A DNA stretch of 64,000 nucleotides from Octopus vulgaris (Eukaryota). Shown in pieces: positions 38,409 to 49,154 of this stretch. The DNA lies in assembly GCA_951406725.2 (NCBI GenBank), contig OX597822.1:58590001-58654000 (forward strand), read 5' to 3'. The notes beneath the pieces were generated by a model. The model made no database searches. It was not told the DNA's origin and saw only the letters and a program-made list of their open reading frames with translations. Numbering within the stretch: position 1 is the first letter of the stretch; the number at the start of each line of letters is the position of its first letter. Made by a program: the position numbers and the translations under genes.

Positions 38409-38562
38409 AGTCTTTTTACTAACTATATACTATTTATTATTTTGTACTTTACTTAATTATGGGTATAGGTTTAATCGTATATTTAATTTTTATTCTATAT
38501 ATTATGATTTAATTATATCTTTGTTGAATCATGGTGATTCTTCTCTAATTTATATACATATA

Positions 38563-38622
<60 letters not shown>

Positions 38623-38624
38623 GG

Positions 38625-38715
<91 letters not shown>

Positions 38716-39257
38716 CAGACGGGCTGACAAATAGGTAGGCCGACTGATAAGTAAATAGAAAAACTGTAGAAGAACAAGCCCTACTGAGTTTATTTTATTC
38801 TATTTATTTATTGTATGATAAATACTTTAAGGAACAAATCACAATATACATCACACAGATGTTTGTGATGTAATGTATAACGATTGGTGCAGTTTTTACT
38901 GTTAGTAGGGGAATGCGAAGTCGTGGTGTCTATGAAAGTATTAGTGTGTCTCTTAGTGTTGGAGGACTTTGTAAGATAAGGGTTAGAGGAAGTGTATTGA
39001 TAATGTTGCGTAAATGTAAATATAGCAAATTGTTAGTTTGGTTTCAGAGGAATTGCTTGTATATGTAGTAATGATTTTTATAGATATTGGTAGCTGTGAG
39101 AAATGCTATAAGCAGTTTTGCAGTTGTTGGTGATATTATTTAGCTCTAAGTCCAGTTACTTAGCTTAGAAAGTGTCTTTTGAGCAAGTGAGTGTTCTGAC
39201 TCGGATGATACTTTTATAGGGGCAGCACTTACGGGTTTGTTGCAGAAGCCTATATAG

Positions 39258-39416
39258 TAGTCATGGGCAAACTGCGGCTCGCGAGAAATTCTGAATGGCT
39301 TGCCTAACGAAACAATTACTTATATATTCTTCTGTTTTTTTTTTTTGTAGTGCGGCTTACCTGATGATGATCCATGTCTTATGCGGCCCGCTTCTCGAAA
39401 AAGTTGTTTATGCCTG
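39258..39416. mobile_element. Small hAT-type MITE
   Basis: TIRs TAGTCATGGGCAAACT / AAGTTGTTTATGCCTG, GCGGC(T/C)CG subterminal motifs, 8-bp flanks CTATATAG / CTGTATAG. Confidence 0.7.
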
Positions 39417-40354
39417 CTGTATAGGCTCATACGCCAGGCAAATTTAAGGGCGGCTCTTGGCGACATACTCCACGGTTATTTCACTGTCTATGTCAGCCCT
39501 TACTAATCAGACCCGTGATCAAAAACATTCTAGGCGTGATCATCCCTTCTTTCTATATATCAGGGACTACATTGTAATTTGTGGTAAATTTCTATTTCTA
39601 GAAGAGCAAGGGACTACTTACAGGCATCCTCCCCCATTAGTTCCAATTTCAAAGTGTATATTGGGTATATCTTTTGTCATCTACATGTTTTAGTCATTAG
39701 ACCGCGGCCAGGCTGGACCATTGCCTTGAAAGGTTTTAGTCGAGCGAATCGAATCCAGTACTTTTTTTTAAGGTCTAGTACGTGTTCTGTCGTTCTCTTT
39801 TGTCGAATCGCTAAGTTACAGAGACGTAGTTTTAGAATATTTCCAGATGTCTATGAATGAAATTTTGGGGAAAGGCGATTCATACAGAAATATTCATTCG
39901 AACACATGCTGAATTTATGAATGAAGAATACGTCTTGGAGAACTAATGACTGAAGAATACCATTTGGGAATGGAATTTGCAATAAAGAGATTTTGTTTTG
40001 GTTAACAGATGTTTTAGTGAAAAATAGCCGGATCGTCATCTCACAGGAAGGTCAACTGAATTTGGTCTGTTTTGTATGAAATTATAGTTTGTATTTTGTG
40101 CAATACACGCGCACACACATACATGAAAACACACATTGGCACCATTATCACATGCGTTTAATAATATACACATATACATACATGCATACTTATATTTATA
40201 TGCACAAACGCATGCATGTATACCTATAAACATGTATGTGTTTGTGTGAGTGTGCGTGTATTTGTATAAATGAGGAACGGCCTCTGGTATATTGAAAACA
40301 CGACTACATACCAATTTAGATAGGATAGAGATCTTTCTTGAGTCATATAGACTC

Positions 40355-40556
40355 ATAGGTTTCCCGGTTTCCCGGTTTTCGTGGAATATATTCCCTACCT
40401 GAACGGGACGCCGATCCGTCGCAGAATTACTCATTTTGCCGGCTGAACGGACTGGATCAACGTGAAATGAAATGACTTGTTCAAGAACACAGCGCACCGC
40501 CCGGTCCAGGAATCGAAACCACTATCTTACGATTATGAGTCCAACACCCTAACCAC
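40355..40556 (-). mobile_element. CORE-type SINE
   Basis: Matches 6715-6915. Confidence 0.8.
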
Positions 40557-40831
40557 TCACTTCTCGGTTTTTTGCCCAACATCAAAGTTTAGTATCTGTT
40601 CTTAGCAGCTGAATATCTGAAACGGTCCCTATTTGGGGTGACTAGTCAAGAAAGGAGATGTAGAAAGGCTATTTCTAAATGAGTGGTAGTTATACATACA
40701 TGCATACTTATATGCAACAAATATTTGGAATGCTTTCATTATTAAAATTACGTATTTAATAATCGTATCTTCTAAAAGTTTGATCAAGGTTTCAAATGCC
40801 ATGGCAGAAAGTGTTTCATTCCTTAATTATG

Positions 40832-40912
<81 letters not shown>

Positions 40913-41199
40913 CACACACACACATACACACACACGCAATTATATAAGAATAATATTATTTCTGAAAATAATAACGTTAGTGGCTGCGAGCTGTACAGGC
41001 AAATTAATAAGTTATATATAAGATATATAAATATATTTATATATACTAGCACCTGCTTCACTAAAAATAGAAGTCAAAATAGTGACTTAGAAGTATTTTG
41101 ACTTCTATTTTTAGCGAAGCAGGTGTTTATGTAGTACCCTAGTATATATCTATATCCTTTTTATATAATTTATATATATGTGTATGTGTGTGTGTGTGT

Positions 41200-41510
41200 G
41201 TGGTAGGAAGTTTGCTTCCCAACCACATGATTTCGGGTTCAGTCCCACTGCGTGGCACCTTGGGCAAATGTCTTCTATTATATCAACATGGACCAATCAA
41301 AGCCTTGCGAGTGGATTTGGCAAACGCGCGCGTTTGTCTTGTGTATGTGTGTGTGAGGGTGTGCTTGACCCCATCGCCGCTTGACAATCGGCAAAAGACA
41401 CCAATCAGGCTTTAAAAAAATGTAAGTACTGGGGGCGATTCATTCGACCAAAATCCTTGAAGGAGGTGCCCCGGCGTGGCCGCAGTCTAATGACTGAAGA
41501 AAGTAAAAGA
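41200..41510 (+). mobile_element. SINE (family of 61335-61715)
   Basis: GGGTTCAGTCCCACTGCGTGGCACCTTGGGCAA..TGACTGAA. Confidence 0.8.
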
Positions 41511-41522
41511 AAGAAAAGAATA

Positions 41523-41583
<61 letters not shown>

Positions 41584-41626
41584 ACAGAGCAACAGATGGA
41601 AAATGGTGCATTCATTTGAATCCTGA

Positions 41627-41673
<47 letters not shown>

Positions 41674-42222
41674 TACACACACACTATATATATCTTTATA
41701 TATATAAAACTGAGAATGTGTGTGTGTGTGTCTGTCTGTCTGTGTGTTTCCCTAAAACTTGGGAACTACACAACCAATTTCATTCAAATTTTACACATGC
41801 CTTACTTAGGGTCCATGTAATTTCATGGGCAAAAAAATGTTCAACTTCTTGCCTAGAGCGAGCCCATAGCAATATCATATCTTCTCCACTATTTCAGTAT
41901 TACGTGTTAAAAGTGAAACAAAAACATTTCTCTATTTTATGTCAGATACTTTCACTTTAACAATAAAAATAATAATAACAATTGAATTATATGTAGTAAG
42001 TAATAATTAAAATCAAACTAAAGTATAATATTATCGTAACATAACAAAAGTAAAAATAACAATTGGTATAAAATTGCAACAATGACTTGAACTTGAATAA
42101 GTGGTTTCACATGAATGGGAATAAATAAAAAATAAAATTTAAGTGCAGAAATGGAATAGTCCAGATGGAGGTGTGCACGGCTTTTACATTAGATTATTTG
42201 CTAATTAGCTAGCATTAAGCAT

Positions 42223-42238
42223 TCTACTGAGTACCGCT
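42223..42238 (+). repeat. 16-bp target/TSD motif TCTACTGAGTACCGCT (copy 1; also 47501-47516 and 52779-52794; 13/16 copy at 52830-52845)
   Basis: Exact repeats at 5278-bp spacing. Confidence 0.95.
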
Positions 42239-42424
42239 TCTGTTAATTGCGTTATTTTTCTGTTTGCGTTGTGAGAAAATTGCTGCCTCCATTTAAGAGA
42301 GTTCGAAGTCGTGATATTATTGTTTGTGCCAACTATTTTGAACAGTGCCCGTTGTAAAACGGTAATTTTCGCCCTACGGGGCAGAAAATTTTGTATTACT
42401 TGGATTTTTGTTACCTTCGAGGTG

Positions 42425-43848
42425 ATGGAGTTCGACTTGACGTCGAAAGACGATTTTCCCGTGATGGGAAAAAGTGAAACCATGGAAAACCCAGTAACCA
42501 AACAGTCATTCTCGGCCGCGGTGGGCGGCGCTATGATAGAGGTCGAATTCAAGATCGAACAGCTGTATGAATACAGGAATCTTGTAAAGGTGGAAGGAGG
42601 AGAGATAAGGCTGGTACCGCCGCAAGCGAAAGTGCAAGAAATCAAGGAAAGGATTGTAACTTATAAAGTGTATAGCTTTAAGGAAAAAAGATTATGGACG
42701 CGAAAAACGAAATTGTTGAGAAGTGCCTGTCCCCGGTGTGGGACAGAATTCGTCACATCGCGAGAGGCGCACGTAGTGCTACGGTAGAGGTGCACTTCGA
42801 CACGGCAGAAGTGGCGAAGGAGGTGTCGTCGTTAACCTTAAAAAGCGACGACATCATGTTGTTACCCTCGTATATGGGGAAACGAACTGCAAAGTTAGTG
42901 GTAGATGACATACCCAGAGGGTACGACATCATGTGGGTGGCAGCGGCGGTACTACACAACATGGAGCGGGAAATTTCAATTCTGCAAATGAGAAGGAAGG
43001 AAGTGGTACGCTGGAAGGGTCAGACCTTGGAACTCCTCGTACAGGCAGAGAACAAGATCTTGGAGAGCCTGCCTGACAGAATTTTTAATGAGGATGGCAC
43101 GTCCATGAGAGTGTCGGTGGAGGGACGTAGACCCAGATGCTTCAAGTGTGGAGAGAAGGGTCACGTCCGGTCCAACTGCATTAAGAAAAAAAGAACAGAA
43201 GAAACGCCTCCTCCAAGTGTACCTGTCACTGAAGGGGAGGAAACAAGCAAGAACAACCAAATGAAGAAGACAAGTACGGAAACGAAAACGGATTCAAAAG
43301 AACCAATGGACTACACACAAGTCACACACAAAAAAAAAAAAGAGAACACCCAGGACTCCCCTCCCCAAACAAGGAAAAAAACAACAAACACAGCAGACAC
43401 ACACATTAAACAAATCCCCCAACCCTACCCCCATGGCACTGTTTTCATTGGAAAACAGTTTGCCAAACCCCTCCCCATAAAACAAGACATCAAAAAGTGC
43501 ATATTGAAAAACGAAAGAATTATAGCCTTTGATGAAAAAAATGAAAAAGTTTACAAATGCTGCAAACTCGCGAGATTTCCACTGTATAGTAGAACCTCAG
43601 ATGGGAAGGCGACCGCTCGTTTCGCGAAGGTAGGGGAGAACGAGTGGAAGGAGGAGGTTCTTCAGGAACACCTGAGGAACCGTCTTATTAGAGATGTAAC
43701 CAAGGAGGTAATGGAGGGTAAACTGGCAATAACCCCGGCAACCACACCCACCCAGAGCCCAGTGGCAACGCCGGTCAAGAACCCTGCAGCAACGGAAGAA
43801 AGGGAAGCAGGCAGATTGAAACTGTCATGCTCCCTCTCGCAACCGTGA
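42425..43848 (+). CDS. Tx1 ORF1 gag-like nucleic-acid-binding protein (~474 aa consensus; 1-nt deletion in A-run at ~42684-42689)
   Basis: MEFDLTSK start; CFKCGEKGHVRSNC (CX2CX4HX4C); frame restored using copy 2's A7 run. Confidence 0.85.
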
Positions 43849-43876
43849 GTATATACATTTCCTTCTCTCACCCACA

Positions 43877-46800
43877 ATGGCTAAGCTGGGCTGTATAAAT
43901 GTACGTGGAATGGGGTCGAAACGGAAACAAATTTGTTTCCTGAACGACCTCACGACACACAGTGTAGATATTGCTATTGCAACCGAGTCCAAGATGAGCG
44001 AGACCCAAGCGTTCTCGCCTCTTCTAAATGGTTTCGAGAAATTTATTTCTCCTAGCCGAGGAAGAGGCAGAGGCGTGGCAGTCTTCATCAGGAAGAGCTT
44101 GGACTTGCAGGTAAGTACTGTCTTTCTGGACCCAGAAGGCAGGCTGGTTGTCCTGGATGTGACTCACGTAAGTAAACAGTCCTTCAGGTTGGTAGCTGTC
44201 TACGCCCCGAACGAGGGTAGACAGACGGGTTTTTTCCGGAACCTGGAGCCCTTTTTAGCGACGTCGAAAACAGTAATCCTAGTAGGGGACTTTAACACTG
44301 TCCTTGAAGCGCACATCGACAGTGTTGGCTCAACCAATAGGAAGGGGAACCCTAGCCTCAAGGGTCTACTAGAGAGCTTTGATCTAGTAGACCGTTACCG
44401 ACTGGATGAGCCGAGCGTTCCACAGTGGACGTGGAGTAACAACGACGGCTCACACAGATCGTATCTAGATAGGATATTTATTAAGAAAAGAGATAAGGAT
44501 ACGTTTAGTTGTCCACAATTTCATATTGTACCTTACTCGGATCACAAATTTGTGACGTGTGAGGTGCAATTAGACAAGTGTCATAGACAGGGACCCGGGT
44601 ACTGGAAGCTGAACAAGGCTATTTTGAATTGTGAAGACTTCCGTACCCGGATTAAGGTGTTAGTTCAGAGGGCATTGTGTGGCACCATCATTAACAATAG
44701 ATGGTGGCACGCCCTCAAAAGAGCCATTCGTTTAGAGTCCGTCAGATTTAGCAATCAGCTAAGGATAGATAGGGCTAGTCTAGAGGGCGATTTAGTCAAG
44801 AATCTAGACGAGGCAATGGAAGCTGGCTCTGCATCCGGAGTGTTGGCGGCAAGGACGGTATTGTACCGTCACCTTAACTCCAAGTACGAAGGTTGCAGAG
44901 TCAGAGCTAAGCTGCGTGCTGGGAAACGAGAAGGTATTAACGTGGCCGGATGGGCCCGTCGTGTGGAGAGTAAGAGAGGCAATAGAGCCTCAATTAAATC
45001 TTTGACTGACGAACAGGGACAAAAGATCTATGGACAGGAGGAGATGCAAAAGTTTCTTCACCAGCATTTCGCTCGCGTGTTCGGGGGTGGTGGTTCGCTG
45101 GATCGGGGGAGGGCCTTAAAGGACTTCCTGGCCGGCGGACCGCGGCTCGCGGGGCGTGAAGTGGAGTGCTGTGAGGGAGCGATCACTCCCGCGGAGATAA
45201 AGGAGATACTGGCCGGATGCGCCGGGGAGAAGTCGCCGGGGTTGGATGGTCTGCCCTATGAGTTTTACCAAAGTATGCCGGACTTGTTCGGGGGAATACT
45301 GGCAGGCGTCTACACGAACTGGCAGCAGAATGGGAGAATCCCCAGTTCTGTAAGCCGGGGAGTGGTGACGCTAATCCAGAAAGACCCGAGCAAGGGGGAT
45401 AATATTAGTAACTACAGGCCCATAACTCTACTTAATGTAGAGTTAAAGATTCTGGCCAAGGTGTTAGCAAAAAGGTTGACGGTTGTCGTGGAGAAACTTG
45501 TAGGGAGAGCACAGACATGTGCAATTCCAGGCAGGTCGATCCAGGACAATCTTCACCTTATACGCTACACCTTAGATAGGGTGGGTAAATTAGCCGGCAA
45601 AGGTGGGGTAATGGTCCATTTAGACCAAAGTAAAGCCTTCGATAGGGTAGACCATGGGTACCTGGCGACGGTCCTCGAAGCGACTGGGCTGGGCCCTGAA
45701 TTTCGCGGGTGGATCTCCGCTATGTATAGCGGCATCAAGTCCACCGTCCAGATAAACGGTTACCTAACGGAACCGTTTTCGATCAAGTGTTCAGTGCGTC
45801 AGGGGTGCCCCTTGTCACCACTTTTGTACGTATTGGCTCTTGAGCCACTGCTGCGAAAGTTGGAGAGGCTGGGGAGTAACTCGGATGAAATCGGAGGTGG
45901 GAGGACGGTGACTGCTTACGCGGATGACGTCACCCTCATCGTGTCCAAAGAGGCCCAACTACCTTGTGTGGAGGAGGTTATCAGAGGATACGAGGCGGTG
46001 GCAGGAGCAAAGGTTAACAAGGACAAATCGGTTGGCTTGCGCCTCGGCACCTGGAGGAGCAAGCCGATATCGTCCAGTGTCGTGGGACACTGGACGGATG
46101 GCCCTGTTAAGTTGCTGGGAGTTTGGTTTGGACCAGACTCCCAAACGGAGAAGAACTGGAGCGAGGTGACGAGCAGGGTGGAGGCCATAGTACGGACCTG
46201 GTCCGGAAGGTCTCTGTCCCTGAAAGGAAGGGCGGAGGTGGTGCAGATGTTTATTGCATCTGTAATCACCTACCGCCTGACCGTTGTCCCTTGCCCCGAT
46301 TCATGGCTTAACAAGTTGGAACGAATCCTTTTCCGCTTTTTGTGGAAAGGAGGAAAGCCACTTGTGAGACGATCCGTTTGCTGCCAAGAACCGTTAAAGG
46401 GCGGGTTAGGGATGCCTTGGTTGATGATGCGCAGACATGCGTTGAGGCTAAGGCACCTCTGGCACCACCTGGAGGGTGATAAGGTGTGGAGTCCGCTGGC
46501 AGAGGGATTTTTCCCGAGACCGGCCTCCTTAGTTAATTTTAAACCCGGTTACATCAAAAGATGGAAACTGACTCCATGGCAAAAAGAGTGCCGACAGGCA
46601 CTCACGCTGATCCACAAGACGGGTAAGGCCGGCTGCGGAAATACCACCTCGGTATTTTATAGAGGGCTGGTGGAGGTAAAAAATGACGACGTCCTAGGAG
46701 GGGCTCTGGGGTTTGATGAAGACCAGCTCGCCAACCTGTTTAAAAAAACTTTCAGGTCGGGGTATTTGGATAATTTCCAAAGATCCCTGGCCTGGCAGTG

Positions 46801-47266
46801 CTACAGGAATGCTTTACCTGTTCGCGAGAAGTTATCGCGGCACGGAGTTCAAGTGCCACCGACGTGTCCAAGGTGCGGGTTGGACGATGAAACCGTCCAG
46901 CACGCCTTTGTTCACTGTCGGAAGTTGTCCGACTTGATAAGTTACGCAGAACACGTGTTGTCCCATCTGGGACGAGTACAGCTGTCGGCTGAGTCTATGA
47001 TTAAGATGATACCGCCAACTGGACTCTCGAAGGAAGGTGAGGCATGTTTCCACTGCACGGTGGCAGTGGTAAAGGAATGCATGTGGAGAACGAGAATGGA
47101 AGGAGCCGCGATAGGGTCCTTCATCTCCGGACCCGGCTTGCTCACTTACTTCAGATATCATCTGAAGAGCAAAATGGGGCTGGAGAAGAGGACCCTGCCG
47201 CGGGGTGTGTACGAGAAAAGATGGAAGGAAGTAGAAAGAAAGGTGGGTGTGAGAAACCCAGCTTGA
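43877..47266 (+). CDS. Tx1 ORF2: AP endonuclease, reverse transcriptase, C-terminal zinc finger (1129 aa, intact)
   Basis: INVRG, VYAPN, GDFN, LDRIF, SDH; KSPGLDG, NYRPITLLN, DQSKAFDRVDH, RQGCPLSP, YADD; CPRC..ETVQHAFVHC. Confidence 0.97.
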   Translation: MAKLGCINVRGMGSKRKQICFLNDLTTHSVDIAIATESKMSETQAFSPLLNGFEKFISPSRGRGRGVAVFIRKSLDLQVSTVFLDPEGRLVVLDVTHVSKQSFRLVAVYAPNEGRQTGFFRNLEPFLATSKTVILVGDFNTVLEAHIDSVGSTNRKGNPSLKGLLESFDLVDRYRLDEPSVPQWTWSNNDGSHRSYLDRIFIKKRDKDTFSCPQFHIVPYSDHKFVTCEVQLDKCHRQGPGYWKLNKAILNCEDFRTRIKVLVQRALCGTIINNRWWHALKRAIRLESVRFSNQLRIDRASLEGDLVKNLDEAMEAGSASGVLAARTVLYRHLNSKYEGCRVRAKLRAGKREGINVAGWARRVESKRGNRASIKSLTDEQGQKIYGQEEMQKFLHQHFARVFGGGGSLDRGRALKDFLAGGPRLAGREVECCEGAITPAEIKEILAGCAGEKSPGLDGLPYEFYQSMPDLFGGILAGVYTNWQQNGRIPSSVSRGVVTLIQKDPSKGDNISNYRPITLLNVELKILAKVLAKRLTVVVEKLVGRAQTCAIPGRSIQDNLHLIRYTLDRVGKLAGKGGVMVHLDQSKAFDRVDHGYLATVLEATGLGPEFRGWISAMYSGIKSTVQINGYLTEPFSIKCSVRQGCPLSPLLYVLALEPLLRKLERLGSNSDEIGGGRTVTAYADDVTLIVSKEAQLPCVEEVIRGYEAVAGAKVNKDKSVGLRLGTWRSKPISSSVVGHWTDGPVKLLGVWFGPDSQTEKNWSEVTSRVEAIVRTWSGRSLSLKGRAEVVQMFIASVITYRLTVVPCPDSWLNKLERILFRFLWKGGKPLVRRSVCCQEPLKGGLGMPWLMMRRHALRLRHLWHHLEGDKVWSPLAEGFFPRPASLVNFKPGYIKRWKLTPWQKECRQALTLIHKTGKAGCGNTTSVFYRGLVEVKNDDVLGGALGFDEDQLANLFKKTFRSGYLDNFQRSLAWQCYRNALPVREKLSRHGVQVPPTCPRCGLDDETVQHAFVHCRKLSDLISYAEHVLSHLGRVQLSAESMIKMIPPTGLSKEGEACFHCTVAVVKECMWRTRMEGAAIGSFISGPGLLTYFRYHLKSKMGLEKRTLPRGVYEKRWKEVERKVGVRNPA

Positions 47267-47702
47267 TCATGGAGGAGAGAGAGGAAGTGGAAGCTGCAGG
47301 GCCTCACAAATTGCCGGGGTGTAAAAACGCCAGTGAGACGACAAGGTTACCTACTGTTGTTTGCTATACTAGTTAAGCAAAGGTTAATATTTTTATAACG
47401 AATTTAAACAATTTTTAAACGATTCTCTTAAATGTTTTTGTATGTATGTCCTGTATTTGTAATTCTGTGTACCGATTTTTATAATCGTAATAAAGAAATA
47501 TCTACTGAGTACCGCTTCTGTTAATTGCGTTATTTTTCTGTTTGCGTTGTGAGAAAATTGCTGCCTCCATTTAAGAGAGTTCGAAGTCGTGATATTATTG
47601 TTTGTGCCAACTATTTTGAACAGTGCCCGTTGTAAAACGGTAATTTTCGCCCTACGGGGCAGAAAATTTTGTATTACTTGGATTTTTGTTACCTTCGAGG
47701 TG

Positions 47703-49126
47703 ATGGAGTTCGACTTGACGTCGAAAGACGATTTTCCCGTGATGGGAAAAAGTGAAACCATGGAAAACCCAGTAACCAAACAGTCATTCTCGGCCGCGGT
47801 GGGCGGCGCTATGATAGAGGTCGAATTCAAGATCGAACAGCTGTATGAATACAGGAATCTTGTAAAGGTGGAAGGAGGAGAGATAAGGCTGGTACCGCCG
47901 CAAGCGAAAGTGCAAGAAATCAAGGAAAGGATTGTAACTTATAAAGTGTATAGCTTTAAGGAAAAAAAGATTATGGACGCGAAAAACGAAATTGTTGAGA
48001 AGTGCCTGTCCCCGGTGTGGGACAGAATTCGTCACATCGCGAGAGGCGCACGTAGTGCTACGGTAGAGGTGCACTTCGACACGGCAGAAGTGGCGAAGGA
48101 GGTGTCGTCGTTAACCTTAAAAAGCGACGACATCATGTTGTTACCCTCGTATATGGGGAAACGAACTGCAAAGTTAGTGGTAGATGACATACCCAGAGGG
48201 TACGACATCATGTGGGTGGCAGCGGCGGTACTACACAACATGGAGCGGGAAATTTCAATTCTGCAAATGAGAAGGAAGGAAGTGGTACGCTGGAAGGGTC
48301 AGACCTTGGAACTCCTCGTACAGGCAGAGAACAAGATCTTGGAGAGCCTGCCTGACAGAATTTTTAATGAGGATGGCACGTCCATGAGAGTGTCGGTGGA
48401 GGGACGTAGACCCAGATGCTTCAAGTGTGGAGAGAAGGGTCACGTCCGGTCCAACTGCATTAAGAAAAAAAGAACAGAAGAAACGCCTCCTCCAAGTGTA
48501 CCTGTCACTGAAGGGGAGGAAACAAGCAAGAACAACCAAATGAAGAAGACAAGTACGGAAACGAAAACGGATTCAAAAGAACCAATGGACTACACACAAG
48601 TCACACACAAAAGAAAAAAGAGAACACCCAGGACTCCCCTCCCCAAACAAGGAAAAAAACAACAAACACAGCAGACACACACATTAAACAAATCCCCCAA
48701 CCCTACCCCCATGGCACTGTTTTCATTGGAAAACAGTTTGCCAAACCCCTCCCCATAAAACAAGACATCAAAAAGTGCATATTGAAAAACGAAAGAATTA
48801 TAGCCTTTGATGAAAAAAATGAAAAAGTTTACAAATGCTGCAAACTCGCGAGATTTCCACTGTATAGTAGAACCTCAGATGGGAAGGCGACCGCTCGTTT
48901 CGCGAAGGTAGGGGAGAACGAGTGGAAGGAGGAGGTTCTTCAGGAACACCTGAGGAACCGTCTTATTAGAGATGTAACCAAGGAGGTAATGGAGGGTAAA
49001 CTGGCAATAACCCCGGCAACCACACCCACCCAGAGCCCAGTGGCAACGCCGGTCAAGAACCCTGCAGCAACGGAAGAAAGGGAAGCAGGCAGATTGAAAC
49101 TGTCATGCTCCCTCTCGCAACCGTGA
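47703..49126 (+). CDS. Tx1 ORF1, copy 2 (1-nt deletion in A-rich run at ~48609-48619)
   Basis: ORF 47589-48758 continues in ORF 48782-49126; run is A4-G-A6 versus A12 in copy 1. Confidence 0.85.
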
Positions 49127-49154
49127 GTATATACATTTCCTTCTCTCACCCACA

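Larger units (their letters stand above)
42239..47500 (+). mobile_element. Full-length Tx1-clade (L1 superfamily) non-LTR retrotransposon, copy 1
   Basis: 5'UTR, ORF1 with zinc knuckle, ORF2 APE-RT-CCHC, 3'UTR ending AATAAAGAAATA. Confidence 0.93.

Noticed and set aside
37850-39240. Strand-biased stretches possibly a decayed Penelope ORF on the minus strand
   Set aside because: No motif I can read with confidence
42140-42238. Tx1 upstream flank as snRNA, SL RNA or rRNA target
   Set aside because: I could not recognise any structural RNA sequence; needs an Rfam search
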